Notes: generated by a model from the sequence alone, not told the origin. Shown: positions 1 through 13,865, numbered from the stretch's first letter. The stretch: DNA of 64,000 nucleotides from Setoptus koraiensis (GCA_048013815.1 CM106585.1:5952001-6016000); one strand, 5' to 3'. Translations and numbers: made by a program.

Positions 1-970
1 AAAAAGAACGCCGGCCAACATTACATGGGCGCGTGTAGTGTTGTTGTTGGCTGGCGCAGTATATGGTTATTATTATATAAGTTATTTACAACTATGTATA
101 CATGCGCCGTTGTAATATACAATAACAGTGTTATATAATGAAAGAATGTTGTGTATTGTATTGGAATAGTGGCGCGTAATGATTCTCTGTCACTAATCTA
201 ATCTTTCTTCGCGTTCGCGCGCGCGAAATTCCGCCGCTCTTCACTGGCGCTTTCTTTCAGAGGAGCAGGGGACCCTCGCGAGCAGCGCTGTGCGGAGATA
301 ACTGCTGCAGCCGCATACTGCTACAGCCACACTCTCACTCACGCTGTGGCCCGTGCAACGAGGCCCGGCCCTAAGTGGCGGGCCTCTAGCGCCGGGCCCC
401 ATTGTGATGTGCCAGTGATAGAAATAGCTGCAGCAGGGGTAATAGTGGCAAGAGTGTGGGCGATCATCATTAGTTGTTGCGTTATTCAATAATAAACATT
501 ACGTAACAACAAATATACGCCAAAGCTAACATGTTTGGATTATTTTCAAATCTATCTCATTATTACGTTTCTTTCATGGTCGTCATCACCGTCGGCCGTC
601 GGGGCCGCTGCAGCCGTTGGGCTGCCGGAGCCGTCGGAGCCGTTGGGCCCGTTGGAGCGATCCTATAAGTGATGATAGTGTGACTATCATCGCCGACTTG
701 AGGGGCCCCCCGAATGGTGTTGCGGCGCCTCGGATATTCGGCCGGCACTCTCGTGACTGCGCGCAAGTTGCGAGCGCGTTTAAATTGAAAATTAACGCCC
801 GCCACCTACAATCATAATGATAGTGGCACCATGATATCGTTAGGTTAGTGACGACCGGAAAGTATATTTACATCTAAGTGTATTATGTGTATGCCAAGGC
901 TGTGGCTATGGCGAGCTAGCGGCATATTTGCATTTATGCACACACACTGACACTCGTCAGCCGGGCTGGT

Positions 971-1042
971 CCCATACTCCATGGGCCCCATACTCCATGG
1001 GCCCCATACTCCATGGGCCCCATACTCCATGGGCCCCATACT
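971..1042. repeat. 16-bp minisatellite (CCCATACTCCATGGGC) x4.5
   Basis: Four exact copies at 971, 987, 1003 and 1019 plus 8 nt of a fifth; no spacers; lies upstream of the first visible Dscam exon. Confidence 0.95.
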
Positions 1043-1949
1043 ACAGTTATACTGCAATAAGTCACTTCAATGGTCACGTGACGCCCGCTCGATATTATGT
1101 AATATAATTGCGGTGAAGCCATTCCTTGGTCACTCGCATGCACTCGCTGCTTAAGGCACGCAGTTCCGTTATGTGGCCGCTTAGACAACTGGCCACATAA
1201 CGGAACTGCACGACGTTATAACGGCCATTAATAACCTCGCCACAACAACAATTATACAAGTAATTGAGTAATGGAGCGCGATAAATTGACAACAGTTGGC
1301 CATTGTTGTTCGAGGCTTGCAGTGGCCGCTGCCGGGGCCCCATTTACATTTGTGCAAGTTGTTGGCCGGAATTGGTTCAATCGGCACTTGTCGTCGATTT
1401 TGCTTTTGTCATGCCACTGTGACCATTAATCGTTTGCCTCTTCGCAGCAACTCATTCGCACATTTATCTCCACCGGCCACGTGCTTTGTCTTTTGCTCGA
1501 ACAACGAAAGCCGCCAGCGCCACGAACGAGCCACCCGAACAAATACATAATCTAATATAAAATATATACCTGGCAACTATGACCGGCGTATCATCAGTGC
1601 GCCAAATTCGGCGAAAATGATGAAAATGAGATGAAAATTTGGCCGATTTGTGGCGAAATTTGAATTGAACACACTTCTGTAAAGCGCGTTCGTCTGGATG
1701 TCATCGCGAGGGCGAGCCTAGCACCGGAAGTCGGATATCCGCAGTCGATTGTTGGCACTTGCAATATTAATTTAATAGTTTTATTGTTACTAAATGTCAT
1801 ACTATTACTCGCTGTTGAATAGCTGCATAAATGGCAGACAACTAATGTTTCAACAATTTTAATTTCAACAACAATTGAATTGGCGCACAACCAAAACAAC
1901 AATCGAATTGGCGCACAACCAACGCAACAATTTTCCACGCATGTCGCAG

Positions 1950-4900
1950 ATTTAGGCAGGGAGCCCCCGACGGAATTCAGGCCAATCACGTCGTCGGTGT
2001 ACATGCGAGTGTTCGAGAATGGATCGCTCATCATTTACAACGCGCAACGATCCGACGCGGGCTACTATCTGTGCCAGGCCACCAACGGAGTGGGGCCCGG
2101 CCTGAGTCGCGTCATCAAGCTTACAGTGCACGGTGAGTACAGCGACAATTTGCCATGATTTCGCCTGACGCAACTTGATAGATCAAGCGCAATCAATAAT
2201 GTAAAATTATAATTAATTTCATGCAATTCAATCCATCCAAAATCGCGCCCAGTGGCCGCCCATTTCAAGACGAAATACTACACGGAAACGGTGAAGCGCG
2301 GCCAACCGGCCAAAATACGCTGCGAGGCGCTCGGCGACACCCCCATTGAGGTGAACTGGCTCAAGGACAAGATGCCCTTTTATCCGCAAGAGGATACCCG
2401 GTACGCGCTCGTTGAGACGCCCATTCAGCAACCGTCGGGCAATAGCGACGGTCTTATGAGCGAGATAAGTATTGCGGCCAGCGAGAGACGCGACTCGGCC
2501 CTGTTCACGTGTATATCTCAGAATAATCACGGCAACGACGACACCAGCATACAGTTAATTGTTCAGGAGCCGCCCGATGCGCCCACCGATATCAAGATAA
2601 CAGAATACGAGGCCCGCACCGCAACAATATCGTGGACGCCCGCTTACACGGGCCAATCGCCGCTTACAAAATATGTCATATCGTACAGGCAGTCGCCGTC
2701 GAACAACCCGGCGGTAGCCGGGCCGATGGCGCCCCCCGCCCCCCTCAAGCAAGCGGCTGCTGTCACGGCCACAAGCAGTGTAGCCGGCAACCAGGAAATA
2801 GTCAATGTCACTGTTGGCGGCAACGAAACGCGGGCCCTGTTGCGCGGTCTCAATCCCGTTACCGAGTATCAGTTTCGCGTTGTGGCCTACAACAGTTTAG
2901 GCTCAAGTCCGGCCCACGAATTTATAACGTTCCGCACCGACGAGGAGACGCCCGGCGATCCGCCGCTGTCCGTCCGGGCACAGGCCGTGTCCTCAAAACA
3001 AATCAAGGTGATGTGGCGGGCGCCCTCCAGCCAGGCCCACTACGGCTCCATCTTGGGCTATTGGGTGGGCTACAAGGCCACCGATTCAACGGTGGATAGT
3101 TTCGTTTACAAGACGGTAGAGTTCAGCCGGGCCCACACACAACAGTCCACGCAGTTGCTGGCCGGCCCGTCGTCGTCGCCGGCGACCGGCCCGGCCAACG
3201 CGGACCGCCAATTGGAGCAAGAGAGCCTATTGCACGGCCTACGTCGGGCCACAAAATATTCCATCACGGTGCAGGCCTTCAACAACAAGGGCGTGGGGCC
3301 CGCGTCCGAGCCCGTAGTTGTTGAGACGTGGCGCCACGACATACCCGATGCGCCGGTGTTGCGTCTTGTGAGCCGCACTAGCCACTCGATACATTTGGCG
3401 TGGCGAGTGAGCAACGGGGCCAGCCCAATGGGCGCCATCGTGGGGTCGGGTTCCGCTCAAAATAACATTGCCACCAACAAACAACAGGAACAAACACAAA
3501 TTGCGACAACGGGTAACCGCATCGGTCAGTTGCAGCAGCAGCAGCAGCCCGCTGTCAATCAGCAAGCGGACGACGATCAGCTGGACGATCAACAAGAACC
3601 AGTGGACGGTTTCATATTGACCAGACGACAGGTGATACCGTCGTCGGCTTCGTCGTTGAGCTCGGCACAAGCGATCGATTCACAGCAGCCCATCACTGCC
3701 TTGCCGCTCACCATCAACATGCAGTCGCCAAATAGAAATGGAAGTGGCCTGAATGCTGACATGCTGACTCAACAAACATCAGATTACATGTCGGCCAGCG
3801 ACAACAACAACGGGGCCTCAACAGCAACAACCGGACCTGTTGTCGAGATGCGCCTACCCGGCGATCATTTGTCGCAGATTATTGACAATTTGAAATGTGG
3901 CACCAGGTATCTGTTTCAGTTGGTTGCCTACAATGCGATTGGTCAGTCGGAACCGAGCGAGGTGCTGGAGGCCAAAACTGACGGCAGCCCGCCCAGGAAA
4001 CCGGACAGAAATCACTTGCTCGTGTTGAACAGCAGCACGGCCACCATTAATTTGGCCGCTTGGCAGAGCGGCCTGTGCAGCATAAGATCGTTTGATATTA
4101 TGTATAAGCAGAAGAAATCGCGCAAATGGATACCATTGACAGTGTTGCATGTCAACAACAACAACAACAACCAAGCCAACGGCCCCATTAATTTGTCGCC
4201 AAATGTGGCCGCCGCGGCCGATTCCATGCAACCGGACACAACAAGTGCTGCGGGCCAAATCATCAATCAGACATCGGTGCAGCGGATGCAGACGGGGCTC
4301 CCCACGGATCAGAGCAACAACAACAACAACCAAGCTCAATCTTTGGCACAATTGTCGCGCACTGGACAACAAATCGGCCCCACAACCACAACAAATGCCC
4401 CAGTCAACATGGGACCGCTGAGCACACCCAACAGCAATATCATTGTGCTAAATGAATTGTCCGAATATCTTCATTACGATCTCAAGATTATCGCCACCAA
4501 CGAGGCGGGCTCCACCGAGGCCCTGTACAGCTTTCGAACGGGCAATCAGCAAGTGCTGAGCTCAGCGGATATGCCCGGTTTCAATTGGCGCTCAAATTCT
4601 GATTTATCCAATGAACTGGACGAATACGACAATCGTGGTCTTCATCACGATGGCTCATCAACTGGCAACCTGTTCTCTGATAGTGGCATTATTTTTCCCA
4701 CGCTCACTCTCGTCATGATCATTGTTGTAGTGATCGTGTCAGGCAGCTGCTTTGTTTTCATTAAGAGGCGCCAGGCGATGTCGTCGTCGTCGTCGTCGTC
4801 TATGTCGTCCACATCGGCCTCCCGTTCGGGCCAGTCGTCCACCTACTACTGCAACTGTAAGTGCACCTATGACTCTTAATATGACATATAATAACTCCGA

Positions 4901-6638
4901 CAATAACTCATAATAACTAATGCTAATCACTAATAACAATTTAATGTTTGTAATCACTATCGACGATCACGATTCGCTGCGCCAAACAGCCTCGGCCAAC
5001 ATCTATTCAAACGGCAAGGGCCCCATGCCGGCGCTGCCGCTCAACGTGGCCAGCAACACCACAGTCCGTTATCCCCGGCAAACCTCTGTGGCCATGAACG
5101 GAAGTATGACTCTCAATCATCATCATCAGATTCACAACAGCAATCAGCAACAATTTCACAATCAGCAACAATTTCATCGGCTGCACCAGACATTGCAGCG
5201 ACCCTTAGGTAACAATTCATCATCGTCAGCAACAACAGCAGCAGCAGCAGCTCTAATGGCTCAACAACAACAAACAACCTTGGACAACAGCTCCTCTTCG
5301 CATCCAATCTATGGCGGTTTGTCCGAATCGCTGCGATTAGAGGAATTACAGCAAGCTGCGAAGCTGCAGCACACAGGCAAACAAACTGTGACAGGTAAAC
5401 AAGACATGCAAATAGATTCTAACAACACCGCCATGATGAACCACATTCCAGAGCTGGAGATGTCACTAGGTGCCAGTGCGGCCATCACAGACAATCTATG
5501 TTCCGAGCAACAACAGCAACAATATTTGTTGCACCAACAACAAGAGAGCCAACAACAGCATATGATTCAACAGATGCTCACTCACATGCAAGCTCAAAAT
5601 CAAGTCAATGGAGCTATGCAACAAATTGGCAATCAACAACAAGCATTGCAGTACAACGGCCAGCAGTTGAAAAACAATCACCAAACAGACCAACAGGCCT
5701 CTTCCGGCGAACGCAAACGAAACGTGATGCTTATATCGCCGGCGCAAAACAATATCCAAAACGGAAATATGTACGGTGCCACAAGCACCTTAACCACTTC
5801 CAACGATATGTACGATTGTCAGTTGCATTTGAATGATGGCCAGGCAAATGCAACCGGCACCAACAACAATCTTCTAGTTGATCTCATTAATCAACAGCAA
5901 CAACAACAACAACATTTCAATCAGCAGCAATTCAATGGGGGCGATATTGTTACCAACAATGGCATGAATGATGCTAATGACAACGGTCAACAATTGCAGC
6001 AATTACACAATGGCCAAGCAAAAATGTATGCAACTGTTAAGCGCGGATATTCAAGGCCAGTGCCTCTGGGCGACTATGCCATATATCAGTGTCCAGTTAC
6101 AACAGCTAACATGCATCTTTTAAACAATATCAACCACAACAGCAACGTATGCAACACACAGCAACAGGAACAGGTACAAGATGAACGCCATCAATCGTGT
6201 GTCAAAAGTGACAACATTGCGTCACAAGCCTATATCGATAATAACAACAATATGTACGGTTGCTCAAATGCAACTGGCTTAGCCATACAAACTCAAGTTC
6301 ATCCACCGGAAGTTGTCAATTCATCGTCCGAGTACCACGACTATCAGCCGCTCAGACTAGATGATATTCGAAGCAACAACAGTAGCAGTATCGACAATTC
6401 AACCCAATCGGTACAACAAAATCAGCAAACATCAATCTCCATACGACACACCGGCCACAATCATCAACCACAACAACAACTAACTTCCGCTAATATCAGC
6501 AATGCTAATCAGCCAGGAAACGATAATATAGCTCATAATTGGGCATTAGAACAAATATTGAGCCATGCACATATGCCAAACCCAAGTGCTGGCCTGTGTA
6601 ATGATAGTGCCATTGAAGGTGAACATTTAGAACAATAG
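1950..6638 (+). CDS. Dscam: Dscam, mDscam-type (Ig9-FN1-FN2-FN5-FN6-TM, lacking FN3/FN4/Ig10); 5'-partial in this window
   Basis: Exons ~1950-2132 (end of Ig8, ENGSLII...DAGYYLCQATNGVG; its acceptor is uncertain), 2253-4856 (Ig9, four FN3 domains, TM IIFPTLTLVMIIVVVIVSGSCFVFI-KRR) and 4990-6638 (Q/N-rich tail). Introns 2133-2252 and 4857-4989 are GT-AG, both phase 1, and join the frames correctly. Confidence 0.9.
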
Positions 6639-7594
6639 TCCGATCGCTTCAAATGGACACGAGACGGGACGCAATTAACAACGAAGAAAGAATTAACAAT
6701 CAATTGCAACTGTGATATCAAAATATATGATACAAATTGAATCTTGTTCAAACATTTCCACTAATTAAAATCTCTGTTTTTACAATACAGCTTAGGCAGC
6801 TTTCTACAATTGATCTATTCACTGTAAAATTGTGTTGTGGCTTTAAAGGGGCATTTTTCGTCGATCAGGCATGATTGAAATTGCCATAAACTCGCAATCG
6901 ACACTTGATAGGTGTTTGCGCGATGCTACCACCCATGATGTATCCAAATGAACTAAACGGGACAAATGAAACGGGTGAACGGTTGTTCCGGTTCCAGTCG
7001 GCTCGTCGACAGCATGATTTCGAGCTTGACTGTCTCATTCACATCGACAAATGGTATGGGTCCCTCAGTTCGAAACGACCATGGTATAGGAAAGCTGCAA
7101 CAAGTATTCCTCAAAACTATGATCTCTAGAGTTTCCTGAAATGAATCACCGAAGGCTGCCTAACTAGAATTTCGATAACACTTACAAGGAAACTTGCAGC
7201 ACTGATACACTCAGATTGCGATCCAAGCTAGCAAGAACCATGATATCACCCGAGTCGGGAAAAAATGAGGAAAATGGCATACTAGACCATGTTCGAGGCG
7301 TTGAGCTGGGTACCTTTTGCTGGGTTAGATCGAAATCTGAAGGATATCAACAAAGAAGGTTTTTTGTCGGTCGATGTTTGAATTGGGCGCGCCGGAGTTT
7401 CGATGAGCGCCATCTCTTGCCGACCGCCAACTGTTTGTACAAAATAAATGAGCCGCTTCCATTGTGCTGCGGACACGCGTGGATGGAAAATTGTCTGGAT
7501 CCGTTGTAATAAAACAGTCCACAATTATCGATACCATCCGTTTTAAAATTTTATCACCATCAATGATATTCAACACTCAGAGTGGACAAATTAA

Positions 7595-10500
7595 ATGTAT
7601 TTGTACAACTTGACCATATTACAATCCTCAGCAATAACACATGCGGTTCTTGGTGAATACTCTGGTAAGAGGTCAGCAAACAACAAGCGACAATATGAGA
7701 TAGCCGTAGCTAAGGGTAAGGTACTCGAGATACTCCGGCCTGATGAAGAGACCGGCAGGTTACATTCCCTCCTAAGTGTCGAGGTGTTCGGTATTATCCG
7801 AGCCATGTTGGCATTTCGCCTGATAGGAGGAACCAAAGACTATTTGGTCATTGGCTCAGATTCAGGCAGGATTGTTATCTTGGAGTATTTACCTGACAAA
7901 AATTGCTTCAACAAAGTACATCAAGAGACATTCGGCAAAAGTGGCTGCCGACGCATCGTACCAGGCCAATACTTGGCCTGTGATCCCAAAGGACGTGCTG
8001 TTATGATCGGTAAGTTGTTTAATTATTATTATTATTCTATTTAAACTTGTTCATATCTAAATCTATTGCTTGCTTGTTATGATGACAGAAGATAATCCGT
8101 GTTTCAACTGACTATTCGTGTTGATTCAGTATCAAAGACTGATAAATGAGCAAAAAATATAGCAACATATAGGTTGCATCCATGCAGACATTGTTCACAA
8201 TATTGAAATTCTTCTCCAAACTTTCTTTATGCAAACATCTCAGGGGCCATTGAGAAGCAAAAGCTAGTTTATATACTCAATCGTGATACTCAGGCTCGGC
8301 TAACTATTTCATCTCCTTTGGAGGCCCACAAAGCCAACACATTCGTCTACCACATGGTAGGTGTAGATGTCGGATATGAGAATCCCATGTTCGCCTGTCT
8401 CGAGGTCGATTATGAGGAAGCCGACGAGGATCCAACAGGACAGGCAGCTATCGATACTAAGCAGACACTAACATTTTATGAACTTGATCTCTGTCTTAAC
8501 CATGTGGTCAGAAAGTATAGTGAACCCCTCGAAGAGTTTGCGAATTTACTCATTCCAGTGCCTGGCGGCGAAGATGGACCTAGTGGTATACTTGTCTGCT
8601 CAGAAAATTTCATTACCTACAAAAATTTTGGAGAACAACCAGATATACGCTGTCCAATCCCCGTAAGAAAAACTCAAGATGATAACGATGCACCCAAAAA
8701 AAACATACTTATTGTCAGTAGCGCAATGCACAAATTCAGCAAAGGAGGTGGTTTCTTTTTTCTAGTCCAAACTGAACTTGGTGATATTTTCAAGCTAGAT
8801 TTCGATATTGATGATGACATTGTTACAGAAATTAAACTGAAATACTTCGATACCCTGAGCACCGCTGTGGCGTTATGTTTTCTGCCAAGGGGATTCCTAT
8901 TTGCAGCATCGGAATGCGGTAATCATTCATTCTATCAGATCGTCAAGCTGGGAGATGATGAAGCTCAAGAGTTTAGTAGTAACGACTATCAGGCGATTGG
9001 TGAGGACGAGCATATGGAATCAGATGCTGACATAAATAAATTTCAGTTCGAACCTAGAGAACTAGAAAATCTTGTTCCAGCTGACGAAATTGAATCACCT
9101 ACTCCATTATTGGCTTGTAAAGTCAGCAAAGTTGCCAATGAAGATTCGCCCCAAATTTTCATCTCCTGTGGCCGTGGCTCTCAATCGAGTATAAGAGTCT
9201 TGAGGCATGGTCTAAAAGTATCAAAGATGGGTGAACCAACAACCCTCCCAGGAAACCCAACTGGCGTATGGGCAATCAAGAAGAGACATGATACGGACTA
9301 TGACGATTTTATCGTTGTTTCTTTCATCAATGCCACCCTTGTGCTCGGCATTGGAGAGGACAAGGTCGAAGAAGTACAGGACTCAAGTTTTCTTGGAACC
9401 AAGCCTACTTTATGCTGTGGCCAAGTGGGTGATGCAGCTATCGTTCAAGTGTATCCTGAAGGTATTCGGCACATTCATGCGGACAAGAGGGTCAACGAAT
9501 GGAAACCAGGTAAATTACAAATAGTCAAGTGTGCCATGAACCAAAGACAAGTCACCATTGCGCTGAGTAATAGGGAGATTGTTTATTTCGAGATGGACGT
9601 CACTGGTCAACTCAATGAATACAACGATCGAAAACCATTCAACAGTAACATCACTTGCATGGCTTTAGGTCCAGTCCCTCCAGGCGAACAAAGGAGCCGT
9701 TTCCTGGCTGTAGGATTGGCTGACATGACAGTAAGAGTCTTGTCCTTGGATCCCAACGATTGCATGACACAAGTCGCAATGCAGGCCACCTCTTCTTCCC
9801 CGGAATCGCTCTGTATAGCAGAGATGGGTAGCCAAGATAAGAATAGTAGTCTATCCGAACAGTTGTATTTAAATATAGGTTTACAAAATGGAGTGCTCCT
9901 GAGAACATCTCTAGACCGTGTCACTGGTGATTTGGTTGGCACAAGGAGTCGTTATCTAGGCAGCAGGCCTATAAAATTATTTAATGTCAATGTGCAACAG
10001 AATCAAGCTGTTCTAGCTAGTACTAGCAGATCATGGCTATCCTATTATTATCAAAATAGGTTTCACCTAGCTCCGTTAAGTTACAAACAACTAGAGTACG
10101 CTAGTAGTTTCTCATCTCAGGGCGTACCAGAGGGAGTTGTGGCCATCACTGGTACAAAGATTCGCATTTTAACTCTGGAAAAGTTGGGTACGACGTTCAA
10201 TCAACATTCCTCGACTTCTTTGGATGGTAGTCCAAGGAAATTTGTCGTACATCCCGAGAGTGGCAATGTTGTTTTACTCGAGGCTGAACGGTTACATTCA
10301 ACCGACGATGCAGACCAATGGCATTCATCAATTAAACTCATAGATCCTCTCGCCGGTCAAGTCATACAGACAATAAATCTTAGCTCGGATAAAACTCCCA
10401 CCAGTATAGCGCTAGATAACTTCGGAACGACCACCTCAACATTACTGATTGGAGTTGCAAAGAACTTCCACATGAAATCATACAATTCCAACGGTGGAGA

Positions 10501-11383
10501 GATCTACACATATGCCTTACAGCAAAATGGAACGGTGCTTGAGCTCATACATGTCACTCCGGTAGAAGATATACCACAGGCGATGTGCCCACTCCAAAAT
10601 CGTATAGCTATTGGCATGCGGAAGACAGTTAGAATCTACGCCATCGGAAAGAAGCAATTATTAAAGAAATGCGAAAATAAACAAATGTCAACATTTGTCT
10701 CATCTATCAGTGCTCATGAAAATCGATTGTTCGTTGGTGATGCCCACCAGAGTATGACTTTCATGAAATATCACAGGATCGATAATAGATTGACTATATT
10801 TGCCGACTGTACCTGTCCTAAGCCTGTCATATGTACAGGCGTGGTTGATCATAGCACTGTCGCGTGTGGTGATAAATTCGGCAACCTATCTATATTCAGG
10901 CTGCCAGAAAGCGTCAATGAGGATATAGATGACGATCCCACGGGAGTTAAATCATTATGGGATAGGGGCTGGCTTGGAGGCTCTTCCCAAAAAGCCGAAT
11001 GTATAGCATCGTTTTATATCGGTGAGATTGTTACCAGCATTCAAAAAGTTAAACTTGCAACTGGATTCTCTGAATGCCTGTTATACACAACCATATTTGG
11101 TTCGGTTGGAGTTTTAATACCATTTACAACCAGCAAGGAGGAGTACGACTTCTTTCAGACCCTAGAAATGCACATGAGGTCTGAGAATAGTCCCCTGTGT
11201 GGCAGGGATCACCTATCTTTTAGATCTTATTATTACCCTGTCAAGGCAGTAATAGATGGCGATTTGTGCCAACAGTTCATGTCGCTCGAGGCCGCAAAGC
11301 AGCGCCAGATTGCTGAGGAGCTTGATAGACCACTCAGTGATATCTGTCTACTTATTGATCAACTTGTTGAACGTATACTATAA
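7595..11383 (+). CDS. SF3B3: Splicing factor 3B subunit 3 (SF3b130), ~1184 aa
   Basis: Exons 7595-8009 and 8244-11383; phase-1 GT-AG intron 8010-8243 restores GRAVMI-G-AIEKQKLVY. Hallmark N-terminus MYLYNLT and motifs HQETFGKSGCRRIVPGQYLA and GRDHLSFRSYY. Confidence 0.97.
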
Positions 11384-11535
11384 TTTAAATAATCTTTGTT
11401 GGACGCTTATCAACTTAGATGAAGATGATCTCAATCCATTAGGAGTGTAAACAAAATATACCAATAAATTATTTTTAAATACTATCCTATAATATATTTA
11501 TTCTACAATCTATCATCATTTTATTTACTGCTTGA

Positions 11536-11877
11536 CTAGATTGGCCATTGCCACTGATTGGAGGGTGCCTGCTGCACAAGAGGTTCCCAGGGCTTATATT
11601 TGGCCATTGTGTGAACTAATTCCAGCTCGTCTCGAGCGTGCTCGATCAGTTCTTCATTCTGAAAATCCAGCTTTTTCTCGATCTCTCGCGGATCTGTTGT
11701 TGTTTCAACTACATTCATCCTATGCTTGATAATTGACGCAGTGTGTTGCTTATAGACAGATTCATCGGGTAATTTCGACAGAGCACGATCTATTTTCTTG
11801 TATACTTTCAATAGTTCTCTTCGTGGATCGACTGCAACAGCCAGGCCTCGCAATCCGGTTGTTATTTTGGTAGCCAT
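11536..11877 (-). CDS. NDUFA5: NADH dehydrogenase 1 alpha subcomplex subunit 5, 113 aa
   Basis: Intronless ORF with TTGLRGLAVA at the N-terminus and KPWEPLVQQAPSNQWQWPI at the C-terminus, characteristic of NDUFA5. Confidence 0.93.
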   Translation of the reverse strand: MATKITTGLRGLAVAVDPRRELLKVYKKIDRALSKLPDESVYKQHTASIIKHRMNVVETTTDPREIEKKLDFQNEELIEHARDELELVHTMAKYKPWEPLVQQAPSNQWQWPI

Positions 11878-12458
11878 GATAATAATTTACATATGACAAT
11901 TATAACAAATACAAAGAATTATGAAATCGCCTGTCGTTTCAAATATCGAGTGGAGATTTTTTATCACACGATTATAACATGCACAATGATTTCTATTGCT
12001 GGAATCAGCTGAGGTGCGAAGAGGTGAAGTTCAAATGGACTTTTGTCAATACGCATGCTCGCGCTCACTGCAGCGAATTCAGCGATAAATTCGAATGCTT
12101 GTGTGCACCACTATCCATGAATAGTGGTTGATATTCACAGATTTTGCCAGATTGATGATGAATCAAATGACTCTTGTAAATATTCACGCAATATTTATTC
12201 TAACTTCATATAAGGTTACATTCTATTTATGTAACGTTATATATTTAGCCTATGTCTAGCCTATGGTCGCTTTGCTTTGTTTATATGTACATGTTGTTGT
12301 GTAAATAGATAGTGATAACGTGACTCACGAATAGGTGTAGCGGGCCCGAGCGAATGGGGCCAGCGCGTTGCCGCGGTCGTACACTTTAGCACGCGAATGG
12401 AGTTAATGCAAAAAGAACAGCTGTTACTTTTAGTTTTAAGTGTCTTGTACATTGTATT

Positions 12459-12464
<6 letters not shown>

Positions 12465-12493
<29 letters not shown>

Positions 12494-12505
12494 GAGGGGG
12501 GGGGG
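12465..12505. repeat. (GT)n microsatellite followed by a G10 run
   Basis: About 14 GT units at 12465-12492 and G10 at 12496-12505. Confidence 0.9.
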
Positions 12506-13865
12506 CGGCCGGCAAAGGTATAATTATGCAATCACCACTGAGGGAGAAGGACGCGAGAGAATTGTGTTACAAGTTGAACACGCTGACGACATATTCACGC
12601 GAACATTGGCTGGACGAGTTGGAAACTGAAACTCTAAAAGACCGATGATGTTCATCATGATCGAATGGGCATCATGTGCGCTTGGAAACATTATGAGATG
12701 ATGGATATTTTACAAGCTCATTCATAGCATAACACTACTGGCATGACACTGCTAGCATGACAATACCAGTGTAACACTGGGCCTCCAAAAGTGAACAGTG
12801 CCCAAAATTGGCGCGTTCCGTGCGACACGGGGCGCGAATAGCCCCAGCTAAATGCTGACGGCTCAAGATAAAGCAATTGGAGTAACCTTTTGCTCCTGGA
12901 TTCGGTGTGCTGTGTCGCGGCGCTCACCTGGCCGCTTGGCTGTCATTATCATGTTGGGTGAACGATGAATCGCCGGCGACATTATTTTTGTTGTTTGTTT
13001 TTGTTCGACACGAGGCTGTTGATAGCGGTGGTGCCCCTGTGTGGTTGCATAAGAATAAGCGAGCGACCAATTCGTGCACATCTCTCGTTCGCTCTCTTTG
13101 CACGGATATCCGTCGTAACAAGCGACTAGTCACATCTCTGTAAGTGGCGCACGTTGTGCACGACGTACACACACACGCTGCACGTTGCACCGTACAGCGC
13201 GGTGCAACGGTGTTGCATGCAGCCCCTGGGCCCAGCGTTCCCTTTTGCGTTCTCTGTCAGACAGACACCGTGTTATCAGTGGATAATGGAGCTAAACATT
13301 GCATCATGATGGTTACATTGGATAACAGTGGTGCTGGCTGTCTATTTCACTTCGCGCCGTCACACACACACGCACACACACACACACACACACATAGTAC
13401 CCCTAATACACGGCTAACCGTAAGTGTTCTGTTTGCCAGTGTGTGCGTGTGTGTGTGTGTGTGCGAGTCGGGGCCTCCTGTTGTACATTTATGCTGTCGT
13501 GCTGCACACTGCTGTGCATATACGGCCTATACGGCTGTGCTGTACGCTGCTGTGCGTCACAGAGCAACAGCACACAGAGGCTGCACGATGGGGCGACGTG
13601 AGCAGACACAACGGACCTCTCACGTACGGCGTAGGCACACGCCGGGCAAAAGTTGGACGAAATGCTGCACGAACAAGGCCAAGCGCCCGCTCTTGATACT
13701 TCCTAATTATGTGCAAGTTTGCACTTTGGTGAGCAGGCGCCCACCGTTCCCATCGAACTGAATCGCCAGCCCGCGCTCCCCCTTCGCCCCCCTGGGCGGC
13801 TGGCCCCACCAGGCCAGCTTGCAGAGTGCAGTGCGCGATACACTGTACACCGAACATTGTACAGT

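Noticed and set aside
617-817. ORF loosely resembling the missing first half of Dscam Ig8
   Set aside because: Lacks the invariant Cys and Trp and usable splice sites; the upstream exon is probably outside the window.
1152-1161. TAAGGCACGC equals the first 10 nt of miR-124
   Set aside because: The remainder does not match and there is no precursor hairpin.
6850-7576. Coding-like DNA with several 70-100 aa ORFs between Dscam and SF3B3
   Set aside because: No recognisable family in any frame, and a spliced model needs several 50-55 nt introns; left unresolved.
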